Source of the DNA: Trichormus sp. ATA11-4-KO1
Lineage (GTDB): Bacteria > Cyanobacteriota > Cyanobacteriia > Cyanobacteriales > Nostocaceae
DNA length: 64,000 nucleotides
Assembly (NCBI GenBank): GCA_019358915.1
Contig: JAHHIM010000006.1
Span: 64,001-128,000 of the forward strand
Direction of reading: 5' to 3'
This document shows positions 41,213 through 50,650 of the stretch, piece by piece. The notes below the pieces were generated by a model. It was not told the DNA's origin, ran no database searches, and saw nothing but the letters and a program-made list of their open reading frames with translations. A program made the position numbers and the translations under genes. Position 1 is the stretch's first letter. Every line of letters starts with the position of its first letter.

Positions 41213-41327
41213 CAGGGCTGTTTCATTCGTTGCTGTGCGATATTTGTCAAGAGGATAATCTCGCGCAAAGGCGCAAAGACGCGAAGAAAAATCACGGATT
41301 TAGGACTGAAGATGCCAAAAATATTGG
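41213..41327 (+). mobile_element. MITE family C, truncated copy
   Basis: Aligns with 21388-21505 (CAGGGCTGTTTCATTCG...GTCAAGAGGATAATCTC...GGACTGAAGATGCCAAAA); lacks the right terminal repeat. Confidence 0.75.
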
Positions 41328-41357
41328 CTAAAGGGGATTTTACCCAGTCCCCAGTCC

Positions 41358-41729
41358 CTATTCACCACATTGTAAAAGTTGTGCTTGAGGATAGACTTTT
41401 TTTAATTGTGATTGGCGTTCTGGGGATGATCGCCCGTAAGTTGATGACTGTAGTAGTGTTTGGGGTTCAGGTGGAATTGATAGGTTTTCTTCTCCTAGAC
41501 TGCTGAACAAGATGACGGATTGTAGTTGCAAACGACGTTGCTGGTGCTGCTGATAAAGTTGAGTATAGGTTTGAACAACTTGTTGCCATTCTGCTGTTGG
41601 ACAATAGCTGCGATCAATGAGTACGGTGATTGCCGGTATTGCTAACAACCAACTGATTAGCAATCCGGTGAGCAAAAAAGCTAACCAACTCAGTCCTATA
41701 GTTTTGAGAAGTTGGGTGTTGAGGTTCAT
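41358..41729 (-). CDS. Membrane-anchored hypothetical protein with a degenerate vWA-like strand
   Basis: N-terminal TM followed by ITVLIDRSYC (DxS-like). Confidence 0.7.
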   Translation of the reverse strand: MNLNTQLLKTIGLSWLAFLLTGLLISWLLAIPAITVLIDRSYCPTAEWQQVVQTYTQLYQQHQQRRLQLQSVILFSSLGEENLSIPPEPQTLLQSSTYGRSSPERQSQLKKVYPQAQLLQCGE

Positions 41730-41774
41730 TTGTGTAATCGTAATTTTTGGGATGAGACTGCTATCAAAAATTTG

Positions 41775-43505
41775 TTAAAGATTAGTCTGGAACAAGTCTT
41801 TGAGCAGAACTTGTACCTTTTCCGGTGTGCCTTGGTAAACACTACCTTCTCGAATTGCGGCGATCGCTGCTAATTCCTGCTGATTCACTTCACCATAAGC
41901 AATGGGATACACTCTCACCCCGCTATGCTCAATGACAGCTTTAATTTCTTTAAATTCGAGTCCTTTATTTTGTTCTCCATCAGTAAGCAGTAGGAGGTAG
42001 AATAAACCCTCTGGATCAAGTTTTTTCTGTTCCATCAGGTCTGCTAAACCTACGGCGAGTCCGTCATATAAGGCAGTTTCACCATCAGGTCTAAGTTGGT
42101 CAATAGCAGCAAATAATCGCTTTTGTTCTAGCTCGTTGAAGGGAGCAAGGGTGAGCCAGCGAGTGGGGCGATCGCTAAAGGTAACTAACCCAATCTGATT
42201 ATCCCGGTTAATTTGTTGACTAGCAAAGCGTAAGGCTTCCTGAACAGCCCGAAGACGATTGTCTTGGTGCATAGAACCACTGGTATCTACAACTAGTTCC
42301 ATATACACTGTTCGCCCGCCATCTTTACGCTGTTTCCAGAATGACTGCGCGGCTTTCAATACCTCACCAGATGGCATTGGAGGAAATTGACCTTGCTGGA
42401 GATATTTTGTCTGTTCATATCCCTGTTGTTCTGCCAATTGTTGCATCGGTGCAGAAGTGGCAAACTTGGCAAATTTATCCAAAGCTTCTCGCTCAGATGC
42501 CGTATTCCAATCAAATCCGGTTAATGGTGAATTTTCTGGTACACCGAAGGGAATGTAAGCTAGTTGGGCAAATTCTGGCTGTTTCTTTAAATTCACATAG
42601 CTTTGGTAAGCCATAACAATTGCTTGAAACTTTTGGGGATTGCGAATCCAAATTTGCTTTAAATCTAAATATGTGGGTGTTGTCAGGACAATTTGTTTTT
42701 GGAAGATGTTAAAGGCTGAATTGATTTGGGGAGATTCTAGTTCAGCAATAGTTAATGGTTTACCATCTTGAGTATGACCGGCTGAACGCCAAAGCAGTGT
42801 ATGCAGAAAATTTAACGCTGAAGAAGCAATGTAAGGATTGGAATAACCAACGTTGATTCTGCCCGTGAGAATAGCATCCATCAAGCGTTCAAATGTCACC
42901 TCTCCACCTTGAGCTAATTCTTTGTATACTTGGGGTTGAACCGCAAAAATAGCTTGGTTTGAGACTAACGCCGGAGCGATCGCTTGTAGGGGTAATCCTT
43001 CCGCTTTCAGTAATTCTAACCACATCGCCGTTGCCGGTGTATATCCTGCGGGTTTGCCCTTCCTAGCAGCTAGAATTTGTGCGCCTAATCCCGAAGGAAT
43101 ATTCCGAATCCCCACTTGAATCAATTGCCCAGATTTCAGCCTTTGTTGTTGCTGATTAAATTTTTCCGCGACATCAATTAACCAACGTTCATCCTGTCGT
43201 TCTCCATTGGCTTTCTCTGCTGAACTATAAATTTCAACATAGACGATATTAGGGTCATTGCTGGGCTTGGCTCCATACAAAGGGAAAGTGTTGGGATCAG
43301 GTACAGAATCAGCTACTGGCGGAATTACGACATTATAGGCGGCGGTGTCAGTTATCAGTTTTGATTCTAATTGAATCTTGGGTAAAAGATGTTGGCGCAG
43401 ATAGCTATCGGCACTGGCAAATGAATTAATGGATGTTGTACAAGCCCAAAGAAAACTCAGGCATACTCCCATAATTAGCCAGGGTGTGAAACGTAATTTT
43501 TTCAT
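41775..43505 (-). CDS. Substrate-binding-like domain plus C-terminal vWA protein, probable lipoprotein
   Basis: LWAC lipobox-like signal; YSSAEK and YSNPYIASSA motifs; VVDTSGSM MIDAS, GETALYD and LLTDG. Confidence 0.85.
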   Translation of the reverse strand: MKKLRFTPWLIMGVCLSFLWACTTSINSFASADSYLRQHLLPKIQLESKLITDTAAYNVVIPPVADSVPDPNTFPLYGAKPSNDPNIVYVEIYSSAEKANGERQDERWLIDVAEKFNQQQQRLKSGQLIQVGIRNIPSGLGAQILAARKGKPAGYTPATAMWLELLKAEGLPLQAIAPALVSNQAIFAVQPQVYKELAQGGEVTFERLMDAILTGRINVGYSNPYIASSALNFLHTLLWRSAGHTQDGKPLTIAELESPQINSAFNIFQKQIVLTTPTYLDLKQIWIRNPQKFQAIVMAYQSYVNLKKQPEFAQLAYIPFGVPENSPLTGFDWNTASEREALDKFAKFATSAPMQQLAEQQGYEQTKYLQQGQFPPMPSGEVLKAAQSFWKQRKDGGRTVYMELVVDTSGSMHQDNRLRAVQEALRFASQQINRDNQIGLVTFSDRPTRWLTLAPFNELEQKRLFAAIDQLRPDGETALYDGLAVGLADLMEQKKLDPEGLFYLLLLTDGEQNKGLEFKEIKAVIEHSGVRVYPIAYGEVNQQELAAIAAIREGSVYQGTPEKVQVLLKDLFQTNL

Positions 43506-43511
43506 GATTTT

Positions 43512-44216
43512 TTAATTTTCTAAAAGTCCTTTTTCGTTGTCAACAATCAGCATTTGTAATTGTTTAGAAATCAAATTAGGGGCATAGATTGAACGACGTT
43601 CTAGGGTTTCCAATGCAATTTGGTCGTGCAATTCCTGAAGTTGGTCATGAGTTTGCTGGAGTCTTTTTCGACTTCTTTGTAACTTTCGTTGTGCCAATTC
43701 TTGATAGCGTGGTGTTTGCACTTTTTGAGTAACCTGTAATGCTTCCACTAGTTGCTCAACCAAATCTAAAACAGTGTGCAAAGTTTCCAGCAGGTCTGGA
43801 GTGAAGGTTGATTCTTGTTGAGCAATTTGTTTAGTAATCTGCTGAATAGTTTGAGCTTGTTGCTGTACTGCTATCCATAGAGATAGAGAATTATCAGGAA
43901 TTTGGTGATTTAAATGGTTGAGATGACTTAAGAAAACATCAGTTTGCAGTAAATTTGTAGAGGTAACTGAAGGGCTATTTTTTTGGCTTTTGAGTTGCAC
44001 ATACCAGGAAGCGATCGCTAAAACAATAATCACCGCACCGCTAAATAAAACAGTCAAACGTATTCCTAGCCAAAAAACAAAGCCAAAATAACCAATCAAT
44101 AAACCAGTTAGTAGAATCTGAGTGTGAGTTAGTCGAAAATAATAACGCTTTAGTTGAGTCATAATTACTTTGTTGATAGTTTTGCGAGTGTCAAAATTGG
44201 TCACCGATAAAATCAT
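43512..44216 (-). CDS. Membrane protein (2 TM plus long helical/coiled-coil domain)
   Basis: Two N-terminal hydrophobic segments and a Q/L-rich helical C-terminus; 6 bp from the vWA gene; the start is probably later (MTQLKR). Confidence 0.75.
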   Translation of the reverse strand: MILSVTNFDTRKTINKVIMTQLKRYYFRLTHTQILLTGLLIGYFGFVFWLGIRLTVLFSGAVIIVLAIASWYVQLKSQKNSPSVTSTNLLQTDVFLSHLNHLNHQIPDNSLSLWIAVQQQAQTIQQITKQIAQQESTFTPDLLETLHTVLDLVEQLVEALQVTQKVQTPRYQELAQRKLQRSRKRLQQTHDQLQELHDQIALETLERRSIYAPNLISKQLQMLIVDNEKGLLEN

Positions 44217-44220
44217 TGGT

Positions 44221-44350
44221 TATAGCGTTTCCTAATCTGCTGAAGTACTGAGTACCTCGCTAAAAAAATTGGGCAATCTTTGCGTTCCTCTGCGCTACCT
44301 TAGCGTCCCTCTGCGTTGAAAATGTACCTCACTTAAATGGGAATCGATAT
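44221..44350. mobile_element. MITE-like element (family D)
   Basis: Imperfect terminal repeats TATAGCGTTTCC...TGAAGTAC and GTACCTCA...GGGAATCGATAT; internal CTCTGCG repeats. Confidence 0.55.
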
Positions 44351-45070
44351 CATTTTTCTATGCAAATGCATCACAAAAAGCAATTGCTTTCTATATTGAG
44401 AATTAAGCTCCTCTTGTATTTTCTCAATTGCTTCATTTGCTTTTTGTACTGTTTCTATTTTTCCTTGCTGTTCAAACAATATAGAAGCTTTTTGTAAGTC
44501 GGCGATCGCACCTTCTTTATCTTCTAAAAGATAGCGAGTCAAACCACGAAAATAATGGGCATAAGCAATATTAGGAATAATTGACAAAGCTTTATCAAAA
44601 TCTGCCTTCGCTGCTTGATATTCATTCAAACTAAAATAGCCCAATCCTCTACCAATGTATACATAAGGATTGTTAGATTCCATCTTTAAAACTTGGTTAA
44701 AATCTGTAATTGCACCCCGATAATCTTGTAAATCCATACGATTTAAAGCTCGTTGATAGAGTATAGCGGGATCAGTTTTTAGTTGTTTATTGGTTGAAAA
44801 ATCATTGCGGTTAACAGTACCGTTTGCGGATAGTTCTCTAACACTTGGTGATTGTACAACTTGAGCAACAGGTAGATTAGGAGTTTGTCCATAAACAGGG
44901 TTAAACATCACAAATTCTCCCATCGCACCCATCAACGGTAACAATAATTTAATTCCTAGCAAAAGTTTCTTTTTTTGCTGTTTGGGAAAATGAGTTAATT
45001 CTTGAAAATGACCTATTCCGCACAGGTGCAAGATATCAGTCAATAAACTTGCAGAAATTTTATTAGACAT
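44333..45070 (-). CDS. Tetratricopeptide-repeat protein
   Basis: DYRGAITDFNQVL, AAKADFDKAL and GAIADLQKA TPR units; its 3' end runs into the MITE. Confidence 0.85.
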   Translation of the reverse strand: MSNKISASLLTDILHLCGIGHFQELTHFPKQQKKKLLLGIKLLLPLMGAMGEFVMFNPVYGQTPNLPVAQVVQSPSVRELSANGTVNRNDFSTNKQLKTDPAILYQRALNRMDLQDYRGAITDFNQVLKMESNNPYVYIGRGLGYFSLNEYQAAKADFDKALSIIPNIAYAHYFRGLTRYLLEDKEGAIADLQKASILFEQQGKIETVQKANEAIEKIQEELNSQYRKQLLFVMHLHRKMISIPI

Positions 45071-45189
45071 AAGTATAGACTCCTGTTAGTGTTAGGTGAC
45101 AGCTAATAATTCAATACATTGTTATGTCTTAGTCGCAGTCCTGGCGGGTTGTGAACTGCTATAATGCCGGGAATATTGTTGATAAATTA

Positions 45190-45813
45190 TTATCGGTAAT
45201 ATCTTTGAAAAAATGCTCGCAACTGCTGCACAATCCATTGGATAAGAAGAAAAATAAAACCGAGAATGACTCTCATAGGGGCTAGTAGCATAGCCAATGC
45301 AAAAAAAGAACCAAGGATTGGTGGAAACCAGTTATATCGAACTGAAACAATCATTTTTTCTTGAGGATTTTCGATCAATTTGTTAAAGCGATAGTTTAAA
45401 GCTTCTAATTCAGGATCGTTGCGACGGGAGTAAGTCTTGATTTTGTGATCGCCGAAGGCGGGGCTTTGCCCATCACCACTTTTAGAGCGTAATATGGCAA
45501 CAAACTCTGTTTGACTTCCGCTTTCTGAGGAGGAATTACGAATATCAATATCCATTTTTTGAACATCTTTAATTTCTTGTTTTGATGAGCGCAATAAAGC
45601 CTGATATTTAAGTGTGCAATCTATACGCATCAAATCTATATCACGACAAGTAATTTTGCTTGGTTCACCTATCCATAAATTGGAATACAAGTACAATCCA
45701 TAACTCAATAAAAAACATCCAAGCCAGAAACAAGTAAGTGAAATACATATCCCCAATAGTATTTTTTCAGCTATCTTTTGACCTTGCGGTGATAATTTGG
45801 ACATAGTAAGCAA
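45190..45813 (-). CDS. Hypothetical membrane protein (TM, Cys-containing soluble domain, TM)
   Basis: Hydrophobic N- and C-terminal segments; ITCR...IDCTL. Confidence 0.72.
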   Translation of the reverse strand: MLTMSKLSPQGQKIAEKILLGICISLTCFWLGCFLLSYGLYLYSNLWIGEPSKITCRDIDLMRIDCTLKYQALLRSSKQEIKDVQKMDIDIRNSSSESGSQTEFVAILRSKSGDGQSPAFGDHKIKTYSRRNDPELEALNYRFNKLIENPQEKMIVSVRYNWFPPILGSFFALAMLLAPMRVILGFIFLLIQWIVQQLRAFFQRYYR

Positions 45814-45920
45814 AAAGATTATATTGACAGCAAACCTTCGACAAACGATAAAATCATTTGCACATCTGCAATTAAATTTTGATAATTCTGTTTTTGTGAA
45901 GGAATCAGGACAATTGCTTT

Positions 45921-45987
45921 TGATTCTGCTAAAGGTTTATCGGTGGATAGGATGAAAACTAACGAAACATTTACATAAGTTTACAAA
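45921..45987 (-). promoter_or_regulatory. Shared promoter cassette, copy 1 (CCGATA box plus HLR1-like repeat)
   Basis: TGATTCTGCTAAAGGTTTATCGG-N26-TTTACATAAGTTTACAAA on the + strand. Confidence 0.7.
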
Positions 45988-46225
45988 ATTCTCTACTATG
46001 GCAAGATGTAAATAGCACAACTATCTAAAATTGATAAAAAGCCTGTAGCGTAAACTTTTTGGCTTCCAACTTGTGGTACTTCATAGCCAGAAAATAAAGC
46101 CAACATAACCAATTAACAAACCAGTTATTAATAACTGAGTGTAAGAAAACCGTGACTTTTCATAAATGTTAATAACTTTGCAAGTAAAATTTGGTGCGTT
46201 CAACCAATCGCCCAACACTCACTAG

Positions 46226-46822
46226 CTATTTTTGAAGCGCCTGCTGAAAAGTCTTGATGGCATCAACATGATTCACCATATTAATGCAATGTAACAACAA
46301 ATCCAGATCGATCCCTTTGACTTCCTCACTACTGGAAACCCTTTCATAATGAAGTCCGTCGCCCTCATAGCGCAGGTGATAAATTTCCAACACACCATCC
46401 TCCCAAAACCACACTTCAGGAATCAAGAGCCGCTTGTATGCTTCCAGTTTGTTGATCCCACCACTGGTAAACACCACCTCTATCGCCAAATCGGGACGCA
46501 CTCGACCAGGGGCAAGTTTATAAGATTCATCTGCTTCTCGCTTGACAGCGCCCGATTCACTTTCTAGGCTCATTGAGCCAGTTGGGGTAAAGTCAAACCC
46601 TGCCACAAGCAAGTACAGTTCCAGCAATGCGGCAATTCTCTTCTTAACTGTTTCGTGTGCTTCTCCTGGCATTCTTCGGATCTCCAATATTCCATCCAGG
46701 AAAGACAGGCGATATCCTGGGCGCTCTAGCAACTGCTCAACTGCTTTGAATTCTCTCCAGGTCACTCCCTCAAACAACAGGGGTGATTCATGACGGGGTG
46801 TAGCGATCGCGGCTGGGGTCAT
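46226..46822 (-). CDS. Uma2 family endonuclease
   Basis: EADESY, PDLAIEVVFTS and IPEVWFW motifs. Confidence 0.92.
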   Translation of the reverse strand: MTPAAIATPRHESPLLFEGVTWREFKAVEQLLERPGYRLSFLDGILEIRRMPGEAHETVKKRIAALLELYLLVAGFDFTPTGSMSLESESGAVKREADESYKLAPGRVRPDLAIEVVFTSGGINKLEAYKRLLIPEVWFWEDGVLEIYHLRYEGDGLHYERVSSSEEVKGIDLDLLLHCINMVNHVDAIKTFQQALQK

Positions 46823-47045
46823 TTGAGTCTCCAGTCTGTTTCCAGGTGAGCAAATAAAGATGGCGTAGTCGGGCAGTTTGCTTATTTTAACTTCTTTTTT
46901 GGTTCAGGGCGTTCACTTACTGCCAATCCCTAATCCTGTAGTAATTTAACCTTGTTCTGTTACTTTCCTAAGCATTCACTGACACTATCCCATTATCTAC
47001 TTTTCCACTTTTACATAAATTGACACAACCGATTTTTCTTCAGAG

Positions 47046-47744
47046 TTAATCAATTAATCCTGCTTCTCTAGCACGAATTTTAGTGACAACTCTGATGTTT
47101 TTTCCTTGATTTTTTAATTCTTCGCAATCAATACCTAAAGCTGCTTGCAGCTGATCCCAGTAGTGGCGTACCATGCGTTCAGATACACAAATATGTGCGG
47201 CGATCGCTTTATCTTGTAATCCTTCATCAAAAGCTAGGCTGAGTAATTTTAATATCTCTGGTTTAAAGTTAAATTCTGAATAAATATCGGTAATCTCTTT
47301 GATGTGAGTAAATCCTTTTAACGCCCCATCTACTCTAGATAGCATTTCTTTAGCAGGAAGACTTTTATCAGCGATTACAAAGCCTCCTTGATGGATGCTG
47401 ATTGCAGATTTGATTTGCACAAGTCTTTGAATATAAGTACTTTGTACCAGAATATTCAGGTTAGGATATTTATGCATTATTTGTTGTAAGAATTCAATAC
47501 CTGTAAAAGTCCTTGCTTTCAATCCCAGCTTTTTTGACAGAAAAATATCCATAATTATCAAATTAGGCTGTGAATTCGAGATTTGATTGAAAGCTTCATC
47601 AGCCGTTTGAGCGCTGATAATTTTCATATTTGTATATTGACTTTTTAACAATTTAATTGTTCCAGTCAAATAGACATCATAACTATCAACTATAACAACT
47701 TGTGGTGATGCCTTTTCTAATAACAATTGACTCATAGTGACCAT
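47046..47744 (-). CDS. NarL-like response regulator (atypical receiver plus HTH)
   Basis: VIVDSYD and PNLIIMDIFL; C-terminal GLQDKAIAAHICVSERMVRHYW HTH. Confidence 0.85.
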   Translation of the reverse strand: MVTMSQLLLEKASPQVVIVDSYDVYLTGTIKLLKSQYTNMKIISAQTADEAFNQISNSQPNLIIMDIFLSKKLGLKARTFTGIEFLQQIMHKYPNLNILVQSTYIQRLVQIKSAISIHQGGFVIADKSLPAKEMLSRVDGALKGFTHIKEITDIYSEFNFKPEILKLLSLAFDEGLQDKAIAAHICVSERMVRHYWDQLQAALGIDCEELKNQGKNIRVVTKIRAREAGLID

Positions 47745-47800
47745 CTTTTAAGTTAAAAGTAAAAAGGCAAAATCCAGATGAAAGTTTAAAGTTACTTTCT

Positions 47801-47867
47801 TGACTCTGCTAAAGGACTATCGGAGTTTAAAGGCAAAATTGTGCAAATTTTTACATAAGTTTACAAA
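47801..47867 (-). promoter_or_regulatory. Shared promoter cassette, copy 2
   Basis: TGACTCTGCTAAAGGACTATCGG-N26-TTTACATAAGTTTACAAA on the + strand. Confidence 0.7.
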
Positions 47868-47872
47868 TAAAT

Positions 47873-50572
47873 TTATTGAGGATGAGGACAAGAATCATCT
47901 TTTACGAGATCGAACCTCAACTGTTCATTGACAGTGACGATTCCCCTCGTGGTAATTTCTCGGCGATCGCCTCTAGCATCAAAACTAATCGATACGCCTT
48001 GGCTTGTCGCACTAGATGCTGCTACCCCCTTGATAATTCCTGTATTCGCCAATTTCTGCCGGATATCTTCTCGAGTTATGGGTGAGTCTGATAGTTTAAT
48101 GGCTTGCAGTACCGCCTGAACAGCCTCATAAGCCAGGGCTGTCCGGCGATTTAAATCACCGCCCCAGTATTCGTTGATTTGTTGAGCAAAAGCTTGTGCG
48201 CCACATTGTTTTGGATGCCAATCAACCGCCAGGAATAAGCTATTTACTGTAGCATCTTTAGTCTGATCAATAACTTCTTGGAGGTAGAGGGGATTTGCTG
48301 CTAAAACTGGTTTTTTTCTCTCGTTTAATTTGATAATCTCAATCGCTTTTGCAAATGCTACATTATCATCAGTACCCCCATCTGCTAATACTGCCAGAGC
48401 ATCTGCATCTTGAACTTGTGGCGGAAGTTGACCAATATCTAATTTAGGATCTGCAAGATCAAATTCAGCAACTATACTGCCTTTAAATGCTCTAAGTACC
48501 AAAATAAATTGCTCTAACAAGTCCTTACTAAATAATTCTTGAGAGTTGTAAAAAGCAACCACTTTTGGTTGAGGCTTTTTGAGAACCTCAACTAAATACT
48601 GCACTAGACTCTGAGCTTCTACTCGACTAGATGAAACAGTCCTGAAGAATACTTTATATGGGTCACCGCCACAAGCTGGACTGGATGGGAGATTAACAAG
48701 GCTGCTGGTAGGAGAAATCACTACAAGCGGGTGTGGTTTATGAGAATAGACCTTCAAAGCTGCACAGGTATTGGGAGAGGTGTAGTGTCCTACCACAGCG
48801 AGAACGTTGGCATCTTCTTTGAGCATTTTTGCCACTCCTCTCGCTTGTTCGGTGTTGTTATTATCATTAGCAATCACAACTTGCAAATTAATACCTTGCT
48901 GAACCGCTACATCTTGTGCTTGAGCAACTCCAAATACGATATCTAACCCAGCATTGAAATTTAGTGGTGCAGCAACAGCAATAGTGTAAATTGGCAAATC
49001 TGGGTTTTGGCTATGACGATGCATCACAAAGGCATTATTGCGAGAAATTAAAACTATGGGGTCTTGTAGTGCTGTAAAAGCTGCTTGGCTGATAGATGGA
49101 ACCGCTTTATTTTGTTGTGCTAGATGACGCAACTGTTCAAAAATCTTTGCCGCATCTGCATATTGATTTTGAGAAAATGCTGTAATACCTTGTTGTTTTA
49201 ATGAAAGATATGGCTCACTTAGTTGTACTTTGCTGTTAGCAATTGGTTTTTCACCAATACTGATATAGTCGTCTAATGGGGGAAGTGGACTGAGGCAAAT
49301 TGAGGGAAAAATCTGACATCGGTGCATCGCCACTGGAGTAGCTACAGCGATGATTCCAGCTAAAACAACCCCCGTCATCAGATAAGGACGAGACAGGTAA
49401 GATTGACAACGAGAAAGTAGTGATGGCTCAGGCCACACTAATTCCGGCTGATTCGGATTCAGGCAAACGGCGGGTAGCCAGGAAGCGGCCGGGAACTCTA
49501 TTCTTTGTATCGGTTCCAGGCGATCGCGTGCCTCCCGTACTGCCCGAAAAAGTGGTATACCTTGAGAAAATTGCTGTAAAAAGTCGAGTAAGAATTGACA
49601 AGCAATTTCATCGGGTACAGGTTCTCGCATCACAATCACCGCAGGTACTTTCAACCTTGCCAAAAAATCTGCAATCCCTAACCCATCACAAGAATTAAAG
49701 ATTGCCAACTTTAACCCTCTGGTGACTGCTCTCCTTAACCCTTGACGTAAATCATTTAATTTGAAAAAATCGCCATCACCAATTTGTATACCACTGTCTT
49801 CAATATTGGTTCTATCACTACAACTATGGCCAGAAAAGAGCAAGATATCCCAACTGTGATTAAATAACAAATCAGACAATTCTTGATCCGTCGGCTGTGA
49901 TTTCAGAGTAATTTTTGCCCCCCGCTTTTGCAGGAGGTTTAATGCTGCTTGATCTTTTTCTAGTTGTAAACCACCATGAGAACTACCGAAAATGGCTAAA
50001 ACTTTGACTGGTGCTTTCAGGGCAGGGACTTGTTTCGCAAATCCAGAGAATAATGTAAACTCAGCTTTAGGCAGTTCGGTAAATAAATCCCAAAGATGCC
50101 AAGGTAACCTGCGCAGCAGTTCATTGGGATTATGATTGTGTGTAGGGCATCTGATGATAATGGGGACAGATTGATCGTTGTTGACCCTGATATCTGCGAT
50201 ATCTGCCCGAATGCGATCGCTCAAACGCTCAAATGCTTCATTATTAAACCAGCTTTTACAGTATTTTTCTAGGTTTCTCGTGCTTTCTGCCCAGGCTACG
50301 TTAGTTACCTGGTCTGGAACAGGTTCGAGTTTCCGGTTACCTGGTTTATGTGACCATTTACGAACACGATCTAGTGATATACCTTGCCATTCTTTATACA
50401 ACTGCGGCATTTCTGGCGCAGCAGGAAGACAAATAAAATCCTCATATTCTTTGATAGTTTTAGCATCTTGCAATACCTTCAGCGTCACAGGAAACCCAGC
50501 ATCGAAGCTACCGCCACTAATCTCCAGTACCACGGCGACATTTTGAGGATGTCTCAAGATAAAGTCAAGCAT
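47873..50572 (-). CDS. CHAT (caspase/HetF-like) protease-TM-periplasmic Venus-flytrap (LivJ-type) receptor
   Basis: LRRLPWHLW, LFSGHS (His) and AIFNSCDG (Cys); TM YLMTGVVLAGIIAVAT; GVAQAQ, VIANDNN, VVGHYTS, VISPTSS and FFRTV binding-protein motifs. Confidence 0.9.
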   Translation of the reverse strand: MLDFILRHPQNVAVVLEISGGSFDAGFPVTLKVLQDAKTIKEYEDFICLPAAPEMPQLYKEWQGISLDRVRKWSHKPGNRKLEPVPDQVTNVAWAESTRNLEKYCKSWFNNEAFERLSDRIRADIADIRVNNDQSVPIIIRCPTHNHNPNELLRRLPWHLWDLFTELPKAEFTLFSGFAKQVPALKAPVKVLAIFGSSHGGLQLEKDQAALNLLQKRGAKITLKSQPTDQELSDLLFNHSWDILLFSGHSCSDRTNIEDSGIQIGDGDFFKLNDLRQGLRRAVTRGLKLAIFNSCDGLGIADFLARLKVPAVIVMREPVPDEIACQFLLDFLQQFSQGIPLFRAVREARDRLEPIQRIEFPAASWLPAVCLNPNQPELVWPEPSLLSRCQSYLSRPYLMTGVVLAGIIAVATPVAMHRCQIFPSICLSPLPPLDDYISIGEKPIANSKVQLSEPYLSLKQQGITAFSQNQYADAAKIFEQLRHLAQQNKAVPSISQAAFTALQDPIVLISRNNAFVMHRHSQNPDLPIYTIAVAAPLNFNAGLDIVFGVAQAQDVAVQQGINLQVVIANDNNNTEQARGVAKMLKEDANVLAVVGHYTSPNTCAALKVYSHKPHPLVVISPTSSLVNLPSSPACGGDPYKVFFRTVSSSRVEAQSLVQYLVEVLKKPQPKVVAFYNSQELFSKDLLEQFILVLRAFKGSIVAEFDLADPKLDIGQLPPQVQDADALAVLADGGTDDNVAFAKAIEIIKLNERKKPVLAANPLYLQEVIDQTKDATVNSLFLAVDWHPKQCGAQAFAQQINEYWGGDLNRRTALAYEAVQAVLQAIKLSDSPITREDIRQKLANTGIIKGVAASSATSQGVSISFDARGDRREITTRGIVTVNEQLRFDLVKDDSCPHPQ

Positions 50573-50650
50573 AACAGAGTCAGACTGTGTGGGAGGTAAA
50601 GAATTTATGTCTTAGATAAGCACGATTTAGCAAAGCTAGGCAATAGGCAG

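Noticed and set aside
40919..41331. Plus-strand ORFs of 93, 133 and 66 aa
   Set aside because: They are antisense shadows of the ferredoxin, and the longest runs into a MITE.
45190..45196. Additional CCGATAA box
   Set aside because: It is the last codons and stop of the 45190-45813 gene and lacks the TTTACA repeat at the conserved spacing.
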